Shown here: positions 1 through 9,700 of the stretch, one piece after another
Layout: each line of letters begins with the position of its first letter
How positions within the stretch are numbered: position 1 is the first letter of the stretch
Origin: Thermoplasmatota archaeon
Lineage (GTDB): Archaea > Thermoplasmatota > Penumbrarchaeia > Penumbrarchaeales > Penumbrarchaeaceae
Length of the DNA stretch: 64,000 bases
Assembly: GCA_965234725.1 (NCBI GenBank)
Contig: CBDDUX010000063.1
Coordinates: 15,281 to 79,280 of the forward strand
Direction: 5' to 3'
Notes under the pieces: model-generated
What the model saw: the letters and a program-made list of their open reading frames with translations, nothing else
Database searches by the model: none
What the model was told of the DNA's origin: nothing
Made by a program: the position numbers and the translations under genes

Positions 1-2
1 TG

Positions 3-260
3 AAGGACATCAAGAAGGAACTCCTCAAAGCTGAACCGGGCCTTGAAGAGTATGAGATAGATGTTATCTATGATGATATGAAATGGGCTGCCTCAGACCA
101 CTGGGCTTATGTAAATGATGGACATGATGCCATGGGAGGCTGGGGTTCCGGATGCATTGAATACCATACGTACAAGGATGACCTCTCCCACCTGAACGCT
201 GAATCCCTCCAGATCGGTGGAAGGATCCTTGGAAGCTATGCTTTGATGGCAGCTACCTGA
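3..260 (+). CDS. C-terminal fragment of probable M28-family peptidase (5' truncated by window edge)
   Basis: Frame open from position 3; SDH...YHTxxDxxxxL motif typical of M28 C-termini. Confidence 0.6.
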   Translation, partial: KDIKKELLKAEPGLEEYEIDVIYDDMKWAASDHWAYVNDGHDAMGGWGSGCIEYHTYKDDLSHLNAESLQIGGRILGSYALMAAT

Positions 261-296
261 ATTCCTCCTCAATATCTATAATTATAATGATTTCCA

Positions 297-1091
297 TTGT
301 TGAACGGGGGTTCTGATTTGAATAAAGATGATGATGGAATATTTAAAAAACTGAGAGTCTTCAATCTCGTCATGGCGGTCCTGCATTTTCTTCAGGGTTT
401 GTTAATGATCGTCATAAGCAACGATTTCACAATAACCGTCACCAGAGGTTTCCTTGATTTCGACCCGATCACGGAGAGGCTCTATCCCGACACCGCTGAT
501 GTGATAGATATCAGGCTAGGGCCCTTGATAGCTTCTTTTCTGTTCCTCTCCTCATTGGCCCACCTGCTCATTGGGACCGGTCTTTTCAAGAGTTATGTCA
601 AGGACCTAAAAAAGGGGATGAACAGATTCCGCTGGTACGAATACTCCCTCAGTGCTTCGTTGATGATCGTTGCTATCGCCATGCTCACAGGCATCTATGA
701 TGCAGGGACCCTGATCCTGATCTTCTTCATGAACATGATGATGATACTTTTCGGACTCAGGATGGAGGTCCACAACCAGGGAAAAAAGAAGCTCGACTGG
801 GACCCGTTCATTTACGGATGCATAGCAGGGATCGTTCCCTGGATCGCCATAGGGATCTATCTGATTGGTGCAGGGGGAGGTGATGGAGGACCTCCAGATT
901 TCGTCTATTACATATACATCTCTCTTGCGGTGTTCTTCAATTGTTTCGCCATCAACATGGTCCTTCAATACAAGAAGGTCTGGAAATGGAGGAACTATCT
1001 GTTCGGAGAAACGATCTATATCATTCTCAGCCTGGTAGCCAAATCCCTTCTTGCATGGCAGGTCTTTGCAGGAACCCTCAGGCCGGGATGA
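297..1091 (+). CDS. heR: Heliorhodopsin (start may be a few codons later)
   Basis: 7 hydrophobic segments; LHFLQG, RWYEYSLSASLM and the retinal-binding LSLVAKSLLAW motif. Confidence 0.93.
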   Translation: MLNGGSDLNKDDDGIFKKLRVFNLVMAVLHFLQGLLMIVISNDFTITVTRGFLDFDPITERLYPDTADVIDIRLGPLIASFLFLSSLAHLLIGTGLFKSYVKDLKKGMNRFRWYEYSLSASLMIVAIAMLTGIYDAGTLILIFFMNMMMILFGLRMEVHNQGKKKLDWDPFIYGCIAGIVPWIAIGIYLIGAGGGDGGPPDFVYYIYISLAVFFNCFAINMVLQYKKVWKWRNYLFGETIYIILSLVAKSLLAWQVFAGTLRPG

Positions 1092-1171
1092 TAAAAAAAC
1101 TCCAACCCAAGTAAGAAAACCATGCTTGAACTGATAGATGTTAAATATGGAGGTCATGGTTCTCATCGAAG

Positions 1172-1978
1172 ATGGCAAAGCTATCAACCTTCAAAGGCAG
1201 GAAGGTCCTCATAACCGGTGGTTCCTCAGGCATCGGTCTGGCAACAGCAAAGGCCCTTTCAGCCAAGGGAGCAGAGGTCCTGATCACCGCCAGGGATAGA
1301 ACGAAATTGAAGAGAGCGGGGAAGGATGTTTCGGGTATCATCTCCATATATGTTTCTGATGTTTCGGACCTGGAAAGTGTAAAAGAGCTTTCAAAGGAGA
1401 TCGAAAAAGATCATGGAAAGATAGACATTCTCATCAATTCAGCCGGCATCGTCCATCCTGCCAGGTTCCAGGACCAGACCTTTGAGGAGCTCTCAGCCCA
1501 GATCAATATCAACCTGATGGGAACTATTTTCGTAACGAAAGCAATTCTTCCATTGATCAGGACCCCTGGACACATCGTAAATATCTCATCAGTTGTGGGA
1601 TTCATTGGTTTATATGGATACACTGCCTATTCCGCTTCCAAGTTTGGCATCTTAGGATTTTCCGAAGCTCTTAGAATGGAACTGGAACCAGACGGGATAG
1701 GGGTTTCCGTCGTTTTCCCACCGGATACCGACACTCCACAACTGGAATTGGAGAACAGGACCAAACCACGAGAGCTCAAGTCCATTTCGAGCAGTATAAA
1801 ACCGATATCACCCGAAATGGTTGCTGACTCCATTACGAAAGGGATCATTTCAGGGGATTTCCTCATATTCCCAGATGGAGGTTCACGATCAACATACATC
1901 GCCTCACGAATGGCAGGTCCACTGGTCCGGTCATGGATGGACAGACAGGTAAGGAGATCAGGAAAAGGGAATGATTGA
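1172..1978 (+). CDS. SDR oxidoreductase, 3-ketodihydrosphingosine reductase-like subfamily
   Basis: TGGSSGIG, YSASK catalytic motif, FPPDTDTP..ENxxKP segment typical of KDSR-like SDRs. Confidence 0.8.
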   Translation: MAKLSTFKGRKVLITGGSSGIGLATAKALSAKGAEVLITARDRTKLKRAGKDVSGIISIYVSDVSDLESVKELSKEIEKDHGKIDILINSAGIVHPARFQDQTFEELSAQININLMGTIFVTKAILPLIRTPGHIVNISSVVGFIGLYGYTAYSASKFGILGFSEALRMELEPDGIGVSVVFPPDTDTPQLELENRTKPRELKSISSSIKPISPEMVADSITKGIISGDFLIFPDGGSRSTYIASRMAGPLVRSWMDRQVRRSGKGND

Positions 1979-2708
1979 TATGGAAAGACCCTTAAAACAA
2001 GTGATAATCGTGGTTGTCGTTATCCTTCTGATCACTGTCTTGACAGCAGGCATTATAGTCCAACGTAAAGCAGGGGGGGCAGGTGCCGATGTGGGTCTGA
2101 TAAACCTTACAATCGATGGTGAAAATGCGAATATATCCGCCGAGATCGACATAACACCCGCCGTGGACCAGGACGGAACCGATCTGAAACTTGACATCGG
2201 AGACCCTCCGATAAGACTCGATTACAGGGGTGATCACATCTCGGCCTCTTTGACAGAGAATGATTTCAGGGAATTGGTGGAAAGGGAGGATGTCAACATC
2301 ACAGGGAAGGTAAAGACCCGATTGATCGGCCCTCTGGACATGACCTTTCGGATCAAAGAAAAGGTGAATATATCCTTCATCCACGAGTTATCCGAATCCA
2401 TGAACGTTACCAATGTCACCGTCAAATTCTTCCCGTTCTCGGATCCTGTGATCAACTTCGATATCCAAGCAAACGTTTCATCGGATTTCCAGCTGAACAT
2501 CACCAATACCAAGGCCAAATTGACCTCACCGATCCGGGTTTTCGATGCCAATATCAGGAACCTCCATTTTCGTACAGGCGAAGGTGGACATGCTGAAATA
2601 TCCATCCCCCCCCTCAATCTTCTTGGATTGGCGCTCTACACGAGGGGGATAATGGTCGAAGCGTGGGGGATCATGATCCAGGTCGACATCCCACTTTTCA
2701 GTGGATGA
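1971..2708 (+). CDS. Hypothetical N-terminally anchored beta-rich protein
   Basis: Overlaps SDR stop; single N-terminal TM helix; 245 aa. Confidence 0.65.
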   Translation: MIDMERPLKQVIIVVVVILLITVLTAGIIVQRKAGGAGADVGLINLTIDGENANISAEIDITPAVDQDGTDLKLDIGDPPIRLDYRGDHISASLTENDFRELVEREDVNITGKVKTRLIGPLDMTFRIKEKVNISFIHELSESMNVTNVTVKFFPFSDPVINFDIQANVSSDFQLNITNTKAKLTSPIRVFDANIRNLHFRTGEGGHAEISIPPLNLLGLALYTRGIMVEAWGIMIQVDIPLFSG

Positions 2709-3438
2709 AAAGTCCTCCGTTTATATCCAGAGTGGCACCTGCGATATATGAGGAGAGGTCTGAAAGCAAGAATATCACAGGACCTGCCATCTCTTCAGGA
2801 GATCCTATCCTTCCAAGAGGGACCCCTTTTATCCTTTCCCTTCTCTTTTCGGAACTGTCCCCTGCAAGGATATCTGTGTCCACATATCCCGGTGCGATGG
2901 AGTTCACTCTTATCAAGGGTGCCAATTCAAGGGCAAGTGAACGTGATAGACCCAGCATACCTGCCTTGGAGGCCGCATAGTCGGCACCAGAGGCCGATCC
3001 CCTGAATGCGAGCTGAGACGACACCATGACTATGGACCCATGGTCCATCAAGGGAAGAGCGGACTTCACGGTATTGAAGGCTCCTTGAAGATTGATCTTC
3101 AGTGTCCTTTCCCAGCTGTAGGAATCCAGTTCAGAGAAGGATGATCTGGCATAGATACCTGCATTGACCACCAATCCATCCAGTTTCTTCAATGTGGTTT
3201 TCTCGATGAAATCCTTCATCGCGACCTTGATCTCATCCTTTTTCGATGAATCAGCTTTGAAAGAATGACAGATATCTTCTCTCCCTTCCACAATTTCTTT
3301 GGCATCGATATCAGAATTAAGATAAGTGAAACCAGTAACGGCACCTTCTCTCAGCCCTGCTTCCACAATAGCCCTTCCAATACCCCTGGAACCACCTGTA
3401 ACGAACAAACTCTTCCCATCAAGTATACCCTGTTTCAT
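2698..3438 (-). CDS. FabG-like SDR oxidoreductase
   Basis: TGGSRGIG, NAG, YAASK, IAPGYVDT, INGG motifs. Confidence 0.88.
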   Translation of the reverse strand: MKQGILDGKSLFVTGGSRGIGRAIVEAGLREGAVTGFTYLNSDIDAKEIVEGREDICHSFKADSSKKDEIKVAMKDFIEKTTLKKLDGLVVNAGIYARSSFSELDSYSWERTLKINLQGAFNTVKSALPLMDHGSIVMVSSQLAFRGSASGADYAASKAGMLGLSRSLALELAPLIRVNSIAPGYVDTDILAGDSSEKRRERIKGVPLGRIGSPEEMAGPVIFLLSDLSSYIAGATLDINGGLFIH

Positions 3439-6400
3439 TCCATCTCCTCGTTGTATGGATTCACTTCACCGCAAAAAGGGCATTCATCTCTGGTAAACGG
3501 GTATACATTGGAGCATTCCGGACATTCCACAGCATCATCCGGATCCAATTCCTCTCTGATGGACCATTCCTCCTCCACTCCATTCCCCCTCTTTGAACGG
3601 TAACCCATTACAACAAATAGAACACCCATTAAGGCAAGGAGGAAGACCAGGACCGAGATCAGAAGGACCAGCCACCAAGGAATTTCGATATCACTACCGC
3701 CTTTCCCATTATCCACCAATGGATCTGAATCCATTTGATACTCCTTTAGATTGGATCGGCCATCACCATCGGGATCCTCTTCGGCATCCGTTGGGTCCTT
3801 GGGATCAAAGCCATATTTTATCTCCCAATCATCGGGCATACCATCACCATCATCGTCATCGTCCAGATGATCGAATATCTCATCCCCGTCTGTATCCAAT
3901 GGTATCGAAGAACTTGAAAGGGGATCCGTCCCAGCTTCGATCTCCAATTCATCGGGGAAACCATCACCGTCATCATCAAGGTCGGCATTGTTCCCGATCC
4001 CGTCCCCATCCGTATCCAACCACTCCAGAGGATCCGATGGGAATACATCCACGATATTGGTATAACCATCCGAATCTGAATCCAGTTCAGGGTCCAGGAG
4101 AGAAACGATTATGATATCCTTCAGGACCTCTGTGGTTCCCAGGGGGAAGTTCAATATGTTGGTCTGGGACGAATAATTGATCCCCAGTACCTGGGAATAA
4201 TTACCATTCCAATGTGAAAGGACCCTGCTGGAACTCCCCAGAACATCACTGTTGAAAAGTGACAACTCCACAGATACCAGGATATATCTGATGTTTTCAA
4301 TATTTCCTGTCAACCTGAAAGAAAGTAATTTGACCTCGTATTGACCGCTTGGATCACCAGGAAATGTGTCGGTCAGGAGTAAGATATCGACAATCCTGTG
4401 GTAGGTGATCTTCACCTTGAGCTTCCCACCATATCCATCGATGGTCTTCTCCTTTTCAAGATCCGGAATGTAAAGATCGAAGGTTTCGGTCAGGTTACCC
4501 AGGTTTCCATCAGAACATGAAAAGGAATATAGGTGATCTCCAGGACCTGGTCTGATCTCAACGGAATATAGGATCCCGAGGACTGGATCGTGAGGAATTG
4601 GCATCATTGGGGAGAGATTGTATTCCATTCCATCAAGTAAGAGGATGATCTCTGAAGGCAGGTCTCCATCGATGTCGGTGAAAAGGACCTCGAAACGGAA
4701 GAGATCATCATCGATCCAGGTATGGTTGGGGGCAGTTAGGGTCGGAGGATCGTTCAAGGGAAGTACAGTGACGTAGATGGTCCCTGAGATCGTATTGTTC
4801 CTGGAATCCCGTAAAGTAACTGTGATCGATCCTGAACCGTTGACATCCCGCAAGGAGGAGATATTGAGTATCGTTCCGTTCTGTGAAACAGCGAATACCT
4901 GTTCTTCTGCCTGCTTTACCTCGATACTGACAGAGACAGGATCATCCTTGTCCGGATCATCGAAAAAGGGAGAGATATCCAAGATCTCAAATGTGTCCTC
5001 ATCGATCACGACCTCGGGAAGAGGACCCGTGAAAAAAGGAGGATAGAATACAGGTTCGAAAAAGACATCAACATTCTTGGTGATGTTGGTCCTTCCATCT
5101 GAAACGGTAAGATTGACGGACATCTCAGGTTGTGTACCATCTCCAAAGAGGAAGACAAATGACATGTTCCCCCTGTCGAAAGTGACATTTTGCGGATCTG
5201 TTGTGGAGACAATAAGGCTTTCATAAGGAGTATCCTCATCCTTGATATCCACCAAGAGGTCCAGAGGAACATCCTCAACCACGTAGAGAAGAGTATACGG
5301 AAGCAGGAACTTCGGAGGATCATCCCTGAACACCACTGTCACATTCATCGAGTATGACCTGGTATCATAACCGTCGGAAAGGTTGATGAAAACCCTCTCG
5401 CTTTCCAGATCCTGGTCCTCGTAAACAAAGACCAACTCTCCATGAACACCATCAAACCAGACATTTTGTGAGGTAATATTGATGTCCACACTACCAGCAT
5501 TGTTACGATCAAGTAAATTGGATTGGAGGACCATGTATTGGTCCTCATATGCAAAGAAAGACCCCGGAATATTGGTCATCTCCGGAGGCCAGGAGTACTG
5601 GACATTGGAGTTGAACTGATAATTGCCAACAACGGATATCGATCTGTTATTGTAATGGGTGAAGGGCATATCCCTCATCACGATCAAGTATCGACCCGTA
5701 GAGGGGTCCTTTCCACTTGAATTATAAGTGAATCCTCTGAGAAGTGTCATAGGGACCTGACCTGTCTCGTTGACATAATGGTTCATTTGATCCATACCAT
5801 AACCATCTCGGATGGTTACCTCCACATCTCCCCGGAGAACACCTTCTTTATCCACCACGTTCAATGAAGCATACGCAAAGGTTTCGATCTCGGAGAGACC
5901 ATCCTTTATCAGGAACGTTGTATCATCGAATGTGGTATTGGATAAGGAAAGACTGGAGCCTCCATCCAGAACTGCCGTAATATTAGTAAGGGAGAATGTG
6001 GAGTTCCTCACATAAACCTCTGAAGAAGTTGAATTAATGGTCTCTTTTGCACCGATCACAGAGGTACTTTCAAGGACTGCCTTCCCACCGTTGATCCTGA
6101 TTCCCTTCCAAATACCAATTGAAGGGGGTCCAATGGATCTCAGGGTCACCGTACCGTTTTCCGATCCCACGGACAACTCTCCTTCCACGAATAATCCCCC
6201 GCTTTGTCCGAAATCAACCTCCACACCGGATGTGATCTCAAGTTCCACCCCTTGAAACACCATTATCGTTCCATTAACGATATAGGGAGATCCCGAGGGG
6301 TCCCAAATAGTATTGGTAACGATATCCTCCTCTACATATGAACCAGGCTGGGGTCCGCTTCCCTTTGATGATGGAATGATATTCAAGAAAGGAAAGACCA

Positions 6401-6452
6401 GGAGGAAGATTATCATTATTTGGACGAAACGAAAGATATTCATGCATCGCAC
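3435..6452 (-). CDS. Cell-surface protein: beta-helix N-terminus, cadherin/Ig-like repeats, TSP3-like Ca-binding repeats, TM anchor, cytoplasmic zinc ribbon
   Basis: Signal peptide; NDPP/DxD repeats; DTDGDG repeats; TM followed by CPEC...CPFC. Confidence 0.8.
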   Translation of the reverse strand: MRCMNIFRFVQIMIIFLLVFPFLNIIPSSKGSGPQPGSYVEEDIVTNTIWDPSGSPYIVNGTIMVFQGVELEITSGVEVDFGQSGGLFVEGELSVGSENGTVTLRSIGPPSIGIWKGIRINGGKAVLESTSVIGAKETINSTSSEVYVRNSTFSLTNITAVLDGGSSLSLSNTTFDDTTFLIKDGLSEIETFAYASLNVVDKEGVLRGDVEVTIRDGYGMDQMNHYVNETGQVPMTLLRGFTYNSSGKDPSTGRYLIVMRDMPFTHYNNRSISVVGNYQFNSNVQYSWPPEMTNIPGSFFAYEDQYMVLQSNLLDRNNAGSVDINITSQNVWFDGVHGELVFVYEDQDLESERVFINLSDGYDTRSYSMNVTVVFRDDPPKFLLPYTLLYVVEDVPLDLLVDIKDEDTPYESLIVSTTDPQNVTFDRGNMSFVFLFGDGTQPEMSVNLTVSDGRTNITKNVDVFFEPVFYPPFFTGPLPEVVIDEDTFEILDISPFFDDPDKDDPVSVSIEVKQAEEQVFAVSQNGTILNISSLRDVNGSGSITVTLRDSRNNTISGTIYVTVLPLNDPPTLTAPNHTWIDDDLFRFEVLFTDIDGDLPSEIILLLDGMEYNLSPMMPIPHDPVLGILYSVEIRPGPGDHLYSFSCSDGNLGNLTETFDLYIPDLEKEKTIDGYGGKLKVKITYHRIVDILLLTDTFPGDPSGQYEVKLLSFRLTGNIENIRYILVSVELSLFNSDVLGSSSRVLSHWNGNYSQVLGINYSSQTNILNFPLGTTEVLKDIIIVSLLDPELDSDSDGYTNIVDVFPSDPLEWLDTDGDGIGNNADLDDDGDGFPDELEIEAGTDPLSSSSIPLDTDGDEIFDHLDDDDDGDGMPDDWEIKYGFDPKDPTDAEEDPDGDGRSNLKEYQMDSDPLVDNGKGGSDIEIPWWLVLLISVLVFLLALMGVLFVVMGYRSKRGNGVEEEWSIREELDPDDAVECPECSNVYPFTRDECPFCGEVNPYNEEME

Positions 6453-6708
6453 CTGAGGGATTTCAGATGGTCATGTTCGTATTTAATCCTTCCAGAAACC
6501 TAAAATTCAAGGTATAGATCTGGAATTAACATACCAGGTGGACTGTAATTGATACTGGACCATGGGAAATGCTTTTATATCTCGAAAAATCGAGGACAGA
6601 TAAAATATATAAATACCTGTGGATAGGTCAGGTGCAGTTACTACAGGGTTCGGAAGAAAGGTTATATCCCATCCTGTAACTCGGAAATCACATATCGGAG
6701 GTCGGCAT

Positions 6709-9700
6709 ATGCCATATAAGACACAGATTGCATCCTTGGCCCTTGTCATGATGATGACAGCTTTTGGACTTATCCTCCCATCTTCTAATGGTGAGGATAT
6801 AGATTATTTCATGAACGATTCGATGATCACAGAGGACACGGTTGTCCTCAAGGGAGATGGAAGCGAAATATATGACTCTCACATGTTCTTCCAGATCGAG
6901 AGAAATGTACCCATTTCCTCAGCGGGAATGAAGATAAGCTCTCAAAACACCGAAGATGGCCCCTGGATCAAGGAACCATCAATTGATATAGGGGCGGATT
7001 CGAATTTGGATTGGTCCTTCGCCGGAACCGGATACGGTGATTTCGGGAGGAACTATGCATTCTCGGATGATAGTGTACTGAAGACCAATACATATACAGG
7101 TGCTCAGAACCAGATGCTTGGAAGTATCATCTTACCTGCCGAGGCCGATGTGATATCCGGAGAGATGTCAATAAAAGGAAGGTTCGATGCCAAGATCAGC
7201 AACATGAAGACCGTGGCAAACGCTGGTCAGATCAACTATGCACCACAATGGGTTGAAATCGGTGACCTCGATGGGGATGATCTTAATGATGCATTGGTCT
7301 CAACGGGTGCCAACGGTGACCTTTATACTTACATACAAGAAATCAGTGGTCAATACATAAAGACCAAGCTTACTAACCCCTCAACCTACAATGACTATGT
7401 TATTTATGATGTTAACAAAGACGGAGCAAACGATATAGTCTTCTCTACCTCGAACGGCATCTACTGGGTGGCAAATTCCGGATCCGGTTCATTTTCCTCC
7501 ACCTCCTCTCAGATGACCTCATCTTTTACTCCAAACTTCCTGGGACTTGTGGATGTGGATGGTGATGGTGAGGATGAGATCGTCGGAGCCCTTTCATCAT
7601 GGTCCTGGCCAACGACAAAGGTCGTGATATCATACCTGAAAAGGGCATCCGGTTCCACCTTCAACCTATGGCCTTTGTTCAACACTGGAAGCGGTTCAGG
7701 ATCGGTGACACTACTCAATATCAAGTTCGGCGATTGGAACAATGATGATTATATGGATGTGTTCGCAGCTTATTCAGACAGGAACGTCTATGTGTTCGAA
7801 AATCCCGCCTATTCAGGATATTACAGCGATATTTCAAATATCACCTTCAAGTCAAAATGGGCTGCGACAAAGGTCTTTCAATCCGCCTATTCTATTCAAG
7901 GATGGGATGTTGGTGATGTGGATAATGATGGGAATGCGGATATCGCAATTGCTCCAGCCAGTGGTTACAACACGGATATCCATTACTATAACAACAAGGG
8001 AACAGGTACCTGGACCAGATACGATATCGTATCCTATTCCATATCCTACCCCAAGGATGTTACAATAGTCGATCTGAACGGGGATGGCAACCTGGATATC
8101 TTCTTCGCCGCAGGGAACTACTACTACTACAACAACATAGGATGGTGCAAGAATGGCGGGAATCCCAACAAGAGCAACTGGAATTCTTATACCCTGATGT
8201 CCGGCCATGATGATTCTGGTAGTGCAGCATTCACTGGAGATGTTGATTCCGACGGATACATTGACACGGGATATTTCTTCACCTCCAACAGACAGATAAT
8301 CGTCTGGAAGAACTCTAACCCGCACGATGGGTCCAATATCGAAGCTGGATTCATCGAGGACGGCGGTCTTGCCCAGGTGAGTGACCTGGTTAGAGTTGAT
8401 ATGGACCTGGACGGCGATGACGATTTTCTAATAACAGCCTTCAGGAGCGGGACAGTTGGATGGTACGAGAACGATGGGACCCCCTTTGCAGATGATTGGC
8501 CCTTCTACAGGATCAATGGTGTCATAGTTGCAGGAGCAAAGGAGGTGGCTTACGGTGATATCGACAACGATGGAGATCTGGACGTTGCTGTCACCGCTTA
8601 CAGTATGGGAAGGATCATGTGGTTCGAGAACCCCGGCAATCCTAAGAGCACATGGAAATACCACTATGTGGGATCCATGACCTATGCACTCGGCTGTGGA
8701 CTCGGAGATATGGACGAGGATGGCAATCTGGATATAATCGTGTCTGCAGGGTATTACTATGCCGATGGTATCAGGATGTACAGTGCATCGGATCCTTACG
8801 GCAGTTGGTCCTCCTATTCTGTCGCTAGTTCCGTTTCCTACTGTGGAGCTATAAATATAACAGATATGAACAGGGACGGACACCTTGATGTCCTTGTAAC
8901 GGTGAACGGATATTCCGGACAGGCGAATATCTACAGGAACCCCCTTCCGGGAAAGAACCCAAAATCGGGACAATGGCCATCGATCGCAGCTGTCTCAGGC
9001 CTCCAATATCCATATGAGGTTCTACCTGTAGATATAAACGATGATGGTAATCTGGATGTTGTGGTGTCTTCCAATTATGGTGGGATCAAGTGGGGTCAAT
9101 GCCCCTCGAATGCGAACTCCACAGGTGGATGGTCCTCGTACACAATGGACAGTTCAATCAGCTATCCCTGGGGTCTGGATGTAGCTGATGTCGACAATGA
9201 CGGATACGATGATGTCTTTGTAACATGCCATTATTGGTGGGCCACAGGAACCTATTCCTATGCTAGAGGTGTTTATTGGCTTGAGGAGACCGATGATCCA
9301 TATTCCCCATGGATGAAAAGGACCATCGACACCACCATGAGAGAAACATACGGCATATCTGTATGTGATATGGATGAGGACGGTTCCCTTGAGATCTACG
9401 CCCTATCCATGTTCGATGATGATTTCAAATACAACCAGCCTACACTGAACTACCCGTCCAATATCAGGGTGGATCTGGCCTCTGATAACATTGTTGACTT
9501 CCAGACCACAGGCCATCTGAGGGGTGACCTTGAAATTGACATTGGAACACAGATCCAAAACATAATTGATACAAAACCATCATCGGTCAGACAGTTCAAG
9601 GACAGTTATGGCAATCCTATGATGGAGATGGACATAAACCTTTATTCAGCCTCTCTTGGAAGACTGACAGGATACGGGTTCGATATCAGGTATAATCTTA

